Below are positions 44,040 to 53,400 of a stretch of DNA of 64,000 nucleotides, in pieces (position 1 is the stretch's first letter; each line of letters begins with the position of its first letter). The stretch spans positions 6,094 through 70,093 of the forward strand of contig NZ_JAKFDS010000004.1 in the NCBI RefSeq assembly GCF_036676055.1, given 5' to 3'. Below the pieces are notes generated by a model. That model was given only the letters and a program-made list of their open reading frames with translations, did not search any database and was not told the origin of the DNA. This DNA is from Brevundimonas sp. GTDB lineage: Bacteria; Pseudomonadota; Alphaproteobacteria; Caulobacterales; Caulobacteraceae. The translations under genes were made by a program, and so were the position numbers.

Positions 44040-44285
44040 CCCTGTCATCCCGACACTCCCGCACATCCCTCTCTTCTCCCTCGCCCGGGCGCGGCCCGCC
44101 ATCCGCGGGACCAAATGCACGGCCAGCGCGGACTTCGTCCCTGCCCGGCCATGAAAGCACGCGCCTGCGTCAGAAGCGGACGCAGCGGCTTCCGGGCCCG
44201 CGCCGACGAACGACGCCCGGGCTCCGGGATGGCAGGGAATGACCGGGTTCGGCCGGGATGACAGGGTATGGGTTGGCAGGGGGAC
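44040..44285. repeat. Short inverted/direct repeat element (MITE- or REP-like)
   Basis: A 13-bp inverted repeat pairs CCCTGTCATCCCG (44040-44052) with CGGGATGACAGGG (44254-44266). There is also an 18-nt direct repeat, CCGGGATGGCAGGGAATG (44224-44241) / CCGGGATGACAGGGTATG (44253-44270), and a third GGTTGGCAGGG. Confidence 0.45.
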
Positions 44286-44300
44286 CCGGCCGCACGGGCC

Positions 44301-45563
44301 TTAGATCGGGCGAACCGTCGGGTGGACGACGAGCGCCGGATCGCCACGTTCGCCCGGTTCCCCGGCCGGTGACGCCTGCGGCGCGAGATCAGCGTCGGGC
44401 GACAGGAAGGAACGACGCGCGGCCGTGGGAGCGCGGCTGCGCAGCAGGCGGACGAACTCCGCGAAATCGCCGATCTGCTCGTTGTAAAAAGCGGCCTTCT
44501 CGACCGGGCCCATGTGGCCGGCGTCCTCGACCCGAACCAGCCGGGCCTGCGGCAGGGCGGCGGCGATGGCCTCGCCGGCATGGTCTTTGGTGATCAGGTC
44601 ACGACCGCCCACGAAGACCAGGGCCGGAACGTTAATCCCGGGAAGACGGTCGGTGACAGACCAGTGCAGCATGGCGAGGTTGCCTCGGGCCTGCACCGCC
44701 GGCGAGTTCTTGGTGATCAGTCGGACGGTGCGGTCCAGTCGCTCCCGGGTGGGACGCGCGCCAAACGCGATGAAGCGGGCGGCCAGGTGGGTCGAGCCGC
44801 TGAGCCAGGCTTGCCAGTTCATCACCCACAGGGCGGGCGACAGGAGCATGTCCAGCTTCAGGGCGAGTTCGATCACCGGCTGCAGCGGCCTGACCAAGCG
44901 CGAGAAGGCCATCGTCTCCAGCGGATTCGTATGGGTGGTGTTCTCCAGCACGACGGCGGCCACTCGCCGGTTGAGCAGTTCGGGATGGCGCAGGCAGAAG
45001 GTCAGCAGCGTCATGCCGCCGATGCTGTGGCCGACAAGGATGATCGGCCGGTCCTCGGGCAGGCTGTCGATCACCGCGTACAGATCCTCGGCGAACCCTT
45101 CGATCGAATAGCCAGCGGGCGGACGCCCGGACCGGCCCAGCCCCGGAAGATCCCAGAAGACGAGGCCGAAGCGGTCGGCCAGATCCGCCCGCGCCTCCGC
45201 CCATATGCGCGACGAGAGCGCCCACCCGTGGGTGAAGAGCAGGATCGGCCCCTCGGCCGCGCCCTCGATCTCGACGTGCAGAACCGCCCCGTCGGCGCCC
45301 GCGACCTCGACCCCGACGGCCCGGCGGGCGGGGGACGCTGCCCCCGCCTGCCCAAGCAGCATCAGGACCGGAAAGCGGCCCAGCAGGCTGAAGGCCAGCA
45401 AACCCACGCCCAACCAAAGGGCGGCGGTCGATGGTTCCGCGAGATCGAGCGTCGTGGCCACATGCTGCGCGTCGTACCAACCCCACAGCAGCCAGACGGC
45501 CACGGCGAATACGCCCAGCGAGGCGAAGGCCAGAAGGCGCTGGAGAAAGGCGAACAGGATCAT
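44301..45563 (-). CDS. Alpha/beta hydrolase with N-terminal membrane segments
   Basis: It has a nucleophile elbow (GHSIGG), an HGW motif and N-terminal TM helices. Confidence 0.75.
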   Translation of the reverse strand: MILFAFLQRLLAFASLGVFAVAVWLLWGWYDAQHVATTLDLAEPSTAALWLGVGLLAFSLLGRFPVLMLLGQAGAASPARRAVGVEVAGADGAVLHVEIEGAAEGPILLFTHGWALSSRIWAEARADLADRFGLVFWDLPGLGRSGRPPAGYSIEGFAEDLYAVIDSLPEDRPIILVGHSIGGMTLLTFCLRHPELLNRRVAAVVLENTTHTNPLETMAFSRLVRPLQPVIELALKLDMLLSPALWVMNWQAWLSGSTHLAARFIAFGARPTRERLDRTVRLITKNSPAVQARGNLAMLHWSVTDRLPGINVPALVFVGGRDLITKDHAGEAIAAALPQARLVRVEDAGHMGPVEKAAFYNEQIGDFAEFVRLLRSRAPTAARRSFLSPDADLAPQASPAGEPGERGDPALVVHPTVRPI

Positions 45564-45630
45564 CGGGAAACTTTTCCTTGGTCCGCTCCAACACCAACCG
45601 CGTCCCGATCGTTCCGCGAATTCGCCGGGG

Positions 45631-46773
<1,143 letters not shown>

Positions 46774-46901
46774 CCGCCAGCGGACCATTGTAACGCGGTA
46801 ACCCTCGCAGTTTGCAGGGTAAAAACGCCGTTCCGGGAACTTCGCACCTGCGAGATGGTTGAGGTTTGACGCCCCTCCCCGGGACGTCGGGAGCCATCGC
46901 C

Positions 46902-48014
46902 ATGAAAATCGCGCAAGTCACGCCGCTGTATGAAGCCGTGCCGCCGAAGCTGTATGGCGGCACCGAGCGGGTGGTGGCGCACCTGACCGATGCGCTGGTC
47001 GATCTGGGTCACGAGGTGACCCTGTTCGCCGCCGCCGACGCGGAGACGCGGGCGCGGCTGATTCCGGTTCGGGATCAGGCGATCCGGCTGGATCCGAGCC
47101 CGCTGAAGTCCGATCTGGCGGCGCATATGACCATGCTGTCCGAGGTGTTGAAACGCGTCGACGAGTTCGACGTGATCCACTTCCACACGGACATGATCCA
47201 CTTTCCCTTTTTCACCCGGTACGCCAACAGGACCATCACCACCTTGCACGGGCGTCTGGACCTGAAGGACCTGGCTGGCGTCTATGAACGCTGGACCGAA
47301 TTCGGACTCGTCTCGATCTCCGACGATCAACGGCGGCCGCTGCCGCTGGCCAACTGGAAGGCGACGGTGCATCACGGCATGCCCGGCGAGCTGTACCGGT
47401 TCTCGCCGAAGCCGGACGGCTATCTGGCCTTCCTCGGTCGCATCTCGCCCGAGAAAAGGCCTGACCGGGCCATCGAGATCGCTGTGAAGCTGAACAAGCC
47501 GCTGAAGATGGCGGCCAAGGTCGACGCACAGGACAAGGTCTACTGGGAGACGGTGATCCGGCCGATGGTCGAGACCAATCCGCTGGTAGAGTTCATCGGC
47601 GAGATCGGCGACCACCAGAAGTCGGCCTTCCTCGGCGGGGCGGAGGCGCTGCTGTTCCCGATCGACTGGCCCGAGCCGTTTGGCCTGGTGATGATCGAGG
47701 CCATGGCGTGCGGCACGCCGGTGGTGGCCTTCCGCTGCGGCTCCACGCCGGAGATCATCGAGGACGGCGCCACGGGCTATCTGGTCGACACGGTCGAGCA
47801 GGCGATCGCGGCGGCCGGGCGGGCGCACCTGCTGGATCGCGAGGCGATCCGGGCGCGCTTCGAGCTGCGCTTTTCAGCCACGGCCATGGCCCGGCGCTAT
47901 CTTGACGTCTATGGTGACCTCCTGGCCCGTCGCCCGTTCGCCGAAGAGCCGCTGGGGGAGGTGGTGACCCCGCTGCGCCCGCTGGAAGAGCGGGTCTTCG
48001 CCAACCAGGTCTGA
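46902..48014 (+). CDS. Glycosyltransferase family 4
   Basis: The sequence contains MKIAQVTPLYEAVPPKLYGGTERVV and the GT-B E-x7-E region PEPFGLVMIEAMACGTPVV. Confidence 0.8.
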   Translation: MKIAQVTPLYEAVPPKLYGGTERVVAHLTDALVDLGHEVTLFAAADAETRARLIPVRDQAIRLDPSPLKSDLAAHMTMLSEVLKRVDEFDVIHFHTDMIHFPFFTRYANRTITTLHGRLDLKDLAGVYERWTEFGLVSISDDQRRPLPLANWKATVHHGMPGELYRFSPKPDGYLAFLGRISPEKRPDRAIEIAVKLNKPLKMAAKVDAQDKVYWETVIRPMVETNPLVEFIGEIGDHQKSAFLGGAEALLFPIDWPEPFGLVMIEAMACGTPVVAFRCGSTPEIIEDGATGYLVDTVEQAIAAAGRAHLLDREAIRARFELRFSATAMARRYLDVYGDLLARRPFAEEPLGEVVTPLRPLEERVFANQV

Positions 48015-48129
48015 CGTCGGGACTGAACCTTAGGGCTGCCTCGTCCATTAGCGTACCAATGCGGTCATCAAGGGTCCGCATTCCGCCGCGACCCTATCAG
48101 GCTCACCAGCAACCCGTCAGAGGCTCCGC

Positions 48130-50277
48130 ATGGACGACGCCTATAGTGTTCAGGTCAACGCCGCCGAGTCGCAGGATGCGGACGGTCTGGAGCAGTTGAT
48201 GGCGCTGAAGGACGCGGACACCTTCGTCGTCGCCGATGTCTGGGGTGACATGAAGGGCGGCGCCGACGGCCTGTTCGACAAGGACACCCGGCTGTTGTCG
48301 CGATTCGTGCTGACGGCGGGTCTGGCCCGGCCGTCGCGGCTGAGTTCGGGCGTCAGCCAGGACAACGTCTTCTTCACCGCCCATTCGACCAATCGGCCGC
48401 TGCCGCCGATGGGGGGCCGCTCGGCCCCGGCGGGCGTGATCCATATCGAGCGGCGGCGGTTCGTCCGCGACCGGCGGATGTTCGAACGGGTCCGGATGGT
48501 CAATCATGGCGTCGAGGATGTGCTGCTGCCGCTGGCGTTCGATTTCGCCGCCGACTTCGCCGACATCTTCCAGGTGCGCGGGTCGCCGCGGGCGAAGCGG
48601 GGAACGCAGGAGACCCCGACCGCGGACGGGCGACGGGTGCTGTTCCGCTACCTCGGCGTCGACGGAGTGCAGCGCAGCAGCTGTCTGGCCTTTTCGGAGC
48701 CGCCGGCCCGGCTGACCGCCTCGCGCGCCGAGTTCATGTTCAGTCTGCCCAAGGGGCGGCGGATGGACCTCTATGTCGAATGCGGCATCGGAGCCTGCGA
48801 GGCCCCCGACGAGACCCGCTTCCGCGTCCACGCCCTGCAGGCGCGGGTGGCGATGCGCACGCGCCGGCGGCGGGGAGCCTCGATCCGCGGGCCGCAGAGT
48901 CCCCGCTTCAACGACTGGCTGGATCAGTCGCGGGCCGATGTGGCCCTGTTGACCACCGACCTGCCGACCGGGCCCTACCCCTATGCCGGGGTGCCGTGGT
49001 TCTCGACGCCGTTCGGGCGCGACGGGATCCTCACGGCCTGGCAGATGCTGTGGCTGGACCCCAGCCTGGCCAAGGGAGTGCTGACCTATCTGGCCATGCG
49101 GCAGGCGACCGAGTTCTCGGCCTTCCAGGACTCGGCTCCGGGCAAGATCATGCACGAGACGCGCGCCGGCGAGATGTCGGCCCTGGGAGAGGTGCCGTTC
49201 GGCCTCTACTACGGCGGGGTCGACACCACCTGCCTGTTCGTGGCCTTGGCCGGGGCCTATCTGAAGCGCACCGCCGACCTGGAGACGATCCGCTCCCTGT
49301 GGCCCAATCTGCTGGCCGCCGTCGGCTGGATGAAGGACCACGGCGACATCAGCGGCGACGGCCTGATCAGCTATCAGCGCGCCGCCGACTCCGGGTTGTC
49401 GAACCAGGGCTGGAAGGACTCGGAGGACTCGATCTTCCATCGCGACGGGCGCTTTCCGAAGGGCCCGATCGCGCTGCTGGAGGTGCAGGGCTACGCCTTT
49501 GCGGCCTGGGAGGCGATGGCGGACATGGCGCGGCTGGTCGGCGATGACCGTCAGGCCGAATGGGCGGCCCGGGCCGGAGGGGTGCGCACGCTGGTCGAGG
49601 AACGGTTCTGGATGGAAGACGAGCAGTTCTACGCCATCGCCCTGGACGGGGACGGCGAACAGTGCCGCTCGATCGGGTCGAACGCCGGACACCTGCTGTT
49701 CACGGGTCTGCCGTCGCTTGAGCGGGCCAAGGCGGTGACCAGACGGATGCTGGGCGCCGAGTTCCGCTCGGGCTGGGGCTTGCGGACGCTGGCGACCGGC
49801 CAGGCGCGGTTCAATCCGATGAGCTACCACAACGGCTCGGTCTGGCCCCACGACACCGCCATGGCGGCGGCGGGCATGGCGCAGTACGGCGAGCGCCGTG
49901 CAGTGGCCCTGTTGCTGGGCGAGATCTACGCCGCCGCCACCCATTTCCAGATGCGCCTGCCCGAGTTGTTCTGCGGCTTCGAGCGGATGACCGGCGAACC
50001 GCCGATCGCCTATCCGGTCGCCTGCCTGCCCCAGGCGTGGGCGGCGGGGTCGGTGTTCCTGATGTTGCAGGCGGCGCTGGGCGTCCGCATCGACGCCATC
50101 GAAGGGGCTGTCGAGATCACGCGACCGATGCTGCCGGCGGGGATCGACCGGTTGAACGTCAGCCGGTTGCAGGTCGGCGAGGGCATGGTCGACCTGACAT
50201 TCCAGCGCATGGGAAGTCACACGGTCGCCATTCCAAGACGCAACGGGGGCGAGGTGATTGTGCGGACGCTGGGTTAA
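48130..50277 (+). CDS. Amylo-alpha-1,6-glucosidase family protein (glycogen debranching enzyme N- and C-terminal domains)
   Basis: The 715-aa protein has a GDE_C-like (alpha/alpha)6 region (GVPWFSTPFGRDG..., WKDSEDS, YHNGSVWPHD). Confidence 0.75.
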   Translation: MDDAYSVQVNAAESQDADGLEQLMALKDADTFVVADVWGDMKGGADGLFDKDTRLLSRFVLTAGLARPSRLSSGVSQDNVFFTAHSTNRPLPPMGGRSAPAGVIHIERRRFVRDRRMFERVRMVNHGVEDVLLPLAFDFAADFADIFQVRGSPRAKRGTQETPTADGRRVLFRYLGVDGVQRSSCLAFSEPPARLTASRAEFMFSLPKGRRMDLYVECGIGACEAPDETRFRVHALQARVAMRTRRRRGASIRGPQSPRFNDWLDQSRADVALLTTDLPTGPYPYAGVPWFSTPFGRDGILTAWQMLWLDPSLAKGVLTYLAMRQATEFSAFQDSAPGKIMHETRAGEMSALGEVPFGLYYGGVDTTCLFVALAGAYLKRTADLETIRSLWPNLLAAVGWMKDHGDISGDGLISYQRAADSGLSNQGWKDSEDSIFHRDGRFPKGPIALLEVQGYAFAAWEAMADMARLVGDDRQAEWAARAGGVRTLVEERFWMEDEQFYAIALDGDGEQCRSIGSNAGHLLFTGLPSLERAKAVTRRMLGAEFRSGWGLRTLATGQARFNPMSYHNGSVWPHDTAMAAAGMAQYGERRAVALLLGEIYAAATHFQMRLPELFCGFERMTGEPPIAYPVACLPQAWAAGSVFLMLQAALGVRIDAIEGAVEITRPMLPAGIDRLNVSRLQVGEGMVDLTFQRMGSHTVAIPRRNGGEVIVRTLG

Positions 50278-51326
50278 CCCAGGCCGCGCTCCAGCGCCTT
50301 GCGAAAGACCGTGGGCAGGGCGGCGAGCGCCTCATCCACCGGCGTCCAGACAAAATCGCCGCCGCCTTCGCCCGAGCGGACATCAAGCGTCAGGGAGAAG
50401 TGGGTGAAAACGTGCTCGACCGCGCCCGCGTCGCGCCAGTCCGCCGGAGCCGGAGGCGGGCCCTCGATGGTGGCGGAGGACCATTCCGAGGTCGGCAGAC
50501 CCAGCATCCCCCCCAGCAACCCCTTGTCGGGCCGCCGGACCAGGGCGACGCGGCCCCGGGCGTCGCGGAGCACCCAGGCCACGCCGCGGCGGCGCGGACG
50601 CTGGACCTTCGGTGACTTCAGCGGATAGCGCTCAGGCCTGCCCGCCTGGAACCCGGCGCACCAAGCAGTCAGGGGACAGCGCTCACAGAGCGGCTGGCCA
50701 GGCCGGCACACGGTCGCGCCGAGATCCATCAGCGCCTGGGCCCAGTCGCCGGGTCGCTCGTCCCCGACCAGCGACCCGGCCAGCCGCTTCAGTTCCGGTC
50801 GGGCGGCGGGAAGCGGCGTCTCGACAGCGAAGAGACGAGCCATAACGCGTTCGACATTGCCATCGACGACATTGGCGGGGCGGCCGAAGGCGATGGCGGC
50901 GACAGCCGCGGCGGTGTAAGCGCCGACGCCCGGCAGGGCCAGCAGGCCGACCTCGGTATTGGGGAAGACGCCGCCATGCTCGCCGCTCACCGCGCGCGCG
51001 CAGGCCAGCAGGTTTCGCGCGCGGGCGTAGTAACCGAGCCCCGCCCAGGCCGCCATGACGTCCGAGTCCGCCGCCGCGGCAAGGTCATCCACGGTGGGCC
51101 AGCGTTGGGTGAAGGCGAGGAAATAGGGGGTCGCATGCGCCGTCGTCGTCTGCTGCAGCATCACCTCTGACAACCAGACACGGTAGGGGTCCGGCCGGGA
51201 AGCTCCGGGGCCAACCCGCCACGCGAGCGTCCGGCCGTGGGCGTCGTACCAATCCAGCAGCGCTGCACGGACGGCAGGGGCGTCGGTAGCGGCCTGCGTG
51301 AAAACCTGGATCGGGACGGGGGCCAT
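50274..51326 (-). CDS. mutY: A/G-specific adenine glycosylase
   Basis: The sequence contains WLSEVMLQQT and GLGYYARARNL, a 4Fe-4S cluster loop (CxxxxxxCxxCPLxxxC) and a C-terminal NUDIX-like domain. The ATG at 51326 is chosen. Confidence 0.9.
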   Translation of the reverse strand: MAPVPIQVFTQAATDAPAVRAALLDWYDAHGRTLAWRVGPGASRPDPYRVWLSEVMLQQTTTAHATPYFLAFTQRWPTVDDLAAAADSDVMAAWAGLGYYARARNLLACARAVSGEHGGVFPNTEVGLLALPGVGAYTAAAVAAIAFGRPANVVDGNVERVMARLFAVETPLPAARPELKRLAGSLVGDERPGDWAQALMDLGATVCRPGQPLCERCPLTAWCAGFQAGRPERYPLKSPKVQRPRRRGVAWVLRDARGRVALVRRPDKGLLGGMLGLPTSEWSSATIEGPPPAPADWRDAGAVEHVFTHFSLTLDVRSGEGGGDFVWTPVDEALAALPTVFRKALERGLG

Positions 51327-51347
51327 TCCCCGCGCTATAAACCGGAA

Positions 51348-51914
51348 ATGCGCCGCACGCTGCCCACCGACGCCGAAGCCCGCGAAATCCTGTCGCGACG
51401 GCGCACGCGCCCGGCTCCGCGCCCGGCGCCCAAGGCCGGTCGGGCGCTGCAGGGGCTGATCCGGGAGCTGGATGCGAAATTCGGCCGGGGCGCCTCGGCG
51501 CTGGAGCCCCGCTGGACGGAAATCGTCGGGGAACGGATCGCCCGTGTCACGCGACCCCAGAAGCTTAGCAAGGGCCGCGGCGGCGCGGGCGGGACGCTGG
51601 AGCTGCGCGTCGCTGGCCCCGCGGCCCTGCTGGTGCAGCACCAGTCCGAGGAAATCCTGCAGCGGGTCAATCTGTTTCTCGGGGCCGGCAGCGTCGAGAA
51701 GTTGAGGATCGCCCAAGGCCCCGTGAAGCCGCCGACTGGCCTGCCGCCTCCGGTCCACGCCCGCACCATCCAACGTCCCCTGCCCGCGCATCAGGAGGCC
51801 GAACTGAAGGCCTCCGTGGCCGAGGCCCCCGATCCGCTGAAGGGCCCGCTGGAGCGGCTGGGACGCGCGGTGCTGGGCGATCCGCAGAAGGGCCGCGACC
51901 GGGCCCGCGACTAG
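51348..51914 (+). CDS. DUF721 domain-containing protein (DciA family)
   Basis: The core WTEIVGERIARVTRPQKL...GTLELRVAGPAALLVQHQSEEILQRVN is typical of DUF721. It is divergent from mutY. Confidence 0.65.
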   Translation: MRRTLPTDAEAREILSRRRTRPAPRPAPKAGRALQGLIRELDAKFGRGASALEPRWTEIVGERIARVTRPQKLSKGRGGAGGTLELRVAGPAALLVQHQSEEILQRVNLFLGAGSVEKLRIAQGPVKPPTGLPPPVHARTIQRPLPAHQEAELKASVAEAPDPLKGPLERLGRAVLGDPQKGRDRARD

Positions 51915-52085
51915 GCGGCGGCGTTGTTCGACACATGACCCGCTGGCGCCGCCGGTCTCCCTTGGCTAGATCGGCTGTTGAGCGATAGACTGGCCAGAAC
52001 CGGCCTGTCGCCGGAGATCCAGACGCGCGCATTTTCGGGGAATCGCGCGATGCTCCCACATCCCCGTGCCAGTGAGGACGACCCC

Positions 52086-52736
52086 ATGAGCGCCACGACC
52101 CGATACGCCGCCATGAGCCGCCGTGCGGCTATGACCGCCGCCGCCTTGACCGCCATGGTCGCCTTGGCCGGCTGCAACAGCGGCGGGGCCGGGGCGCCGG
52201 CGGAAGGCGATATGGCCTTGGGCGCGGCCGAGGGCGCGAAGGTCACGGTGGTCGAATACGCCTCGGTGACCTGCCATGTCTGCGAAGCTTGGCAGAAGGA
52301 GAACTGGGAGGCGTTCAAGGCCGCCTATGTAGACACCAACAAGGTCCGCTACGTGTTCCGCGAGATTCCGACGCCGCCGGCCGAGATCGCCGTGGCCGGC
52401 TTCCTGGTCGCCCGCTGCGCCGGCAGCGACAAGTATTTCGACGTCATCCATGAACTGCTGGCGAGCCGCGAGGAGTTCGTGACCGATCCGCGGTCGACCC
52501 TGTTCCGGGTCGGCAACGGCGCCGGCCTGAGCAATGAGCGGGTCCAGCAGTGCATCACCGACGAGGCCGCCATGGCCGCCGCCGAGAAGCGCGCCGAGGC
52601 GGCCCGCGCCGCCGGGGTCGACAGCACGCCGACCTTCATCGTCAACGGGACCAAGGTGATTACGCCGGGCTCCCCCTCGGGCCCGAGCATGGCCGACCTG
52701 TCCAAGGCGATCGACGCCGAACTGGCCAAGAGCTGA
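52086..52736 (+). CDS. DsbA-family thioredoxin-fold lipoprotein
   Basis: It has a lipobox (VALAGC) and a CxxC active site (CHVC). Confidence 0.8.
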   Translation: MSATTRYAAMSRRAAMTAAALTAMVALAGCNSGGAGAPAEGDMALGAAEGAKVTVVEYASVTCHVCEAWQKENWEAFKAAYVDTNKVRYVFREIPTPPAEIAVAGFLVARCAGSDKYFDVIHELLASREEFVTDPRSTLFRVGNGAGLSNERVQQCITDEAAMAAAEKRAEAARAAGVDSTPTFIVNGTKVITPGSPSGPSMADLSKAIDAELAKS

Positions 52737-52743
52737 TCGTCCA

Positions 52744-53388
52744 GTGGCGCGGCTTTCACGATTCCTGCTGACGCTTCTGGTCGTGATCGCCGCGCCGGCG
52801 ACTGCGCTCGCCCAGACCGTCGAGCCGGTGCGCCCGGGCGACCGGACGGTGGGTTCTCCCGCCGCCCCGGTGACGCTGACCGTTTACCTGTCGACGACCT
52901 GCGGCCACTGCGCCGATTGGCACACCAATGATTTCCCGGCGTTCAAGGCGCGGTGGGTCGACACCGGCAAGGTCCGGGTGGCCTTCCGCGACCTGCCGAC
53001 TCCGCCGCAGCAGATCGCAGTCGCCGGGGCGGTCATGGCTCGCTGCGCCCCCGAGGAAAAATACGACGTGGTTCTGGATACGCTGTTCCGCAGCCAGGCC
53101 CAGCTTCACGCCGTACCCGGCCCGCCGGCGCAGGAAACCGTGGTTCGGTGGCTGGCCGCCGCCGGCGCCGCGGGCGGTTTGACCCGCGACCAGATGAACG
53201 CCTGTTTTTCAAGCGAGGCCTCGTTCATGGAGATCGACGCCCGGGCCCGGCAATCAAACGCGGATGGCGTCAACAGCACGCCCAGCTTCCTCGTCAACGG
53301 TGAGAGGGTGCCGGATGAAGCGATCATGACCTCGCGTGGCGTGGACGCTTTCGAACCCTTGATCCAGCCGCTGCTCGACGGCCGGTGA
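52744..53388 (+). CDS. DsbA-family thioredoxin-fold protein (tandem paralog)
   Basis: It has a signal peptide and a CxxC active site (CGHC), and is collinear with the preceding gene. Confidence 0.8.
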   Translation: MARLSRFLLTLLVVIAAPATALAQTVEPVRPGDRTVGSPAAPVTLTVYLSTTCGHCADWHTNDFPAFKARWVDTGKVRVAFRDLPTPPQQIAVAGAVMARCAPEEKYDVVLDTLFRSQAQLHAVPGPPAQETVVRWLAAAGAAGGLTRDQMNACFSSEASFMEIDARARQSNADGVNSTPSFLVNGERVPDEAIMTSRGVDAFEPLIQPLLDGR

Positions 53389-53400
53389 CCTGCTAGCAGG

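Noticed and set aside
48103-50220. A 705-aa ORF antisense to the amylo-alpha-1,6-glucosidase gene
   Set aside because: It is a high-GC antisense artefact with no motifs. The sense-strand gene has clear family signatures.
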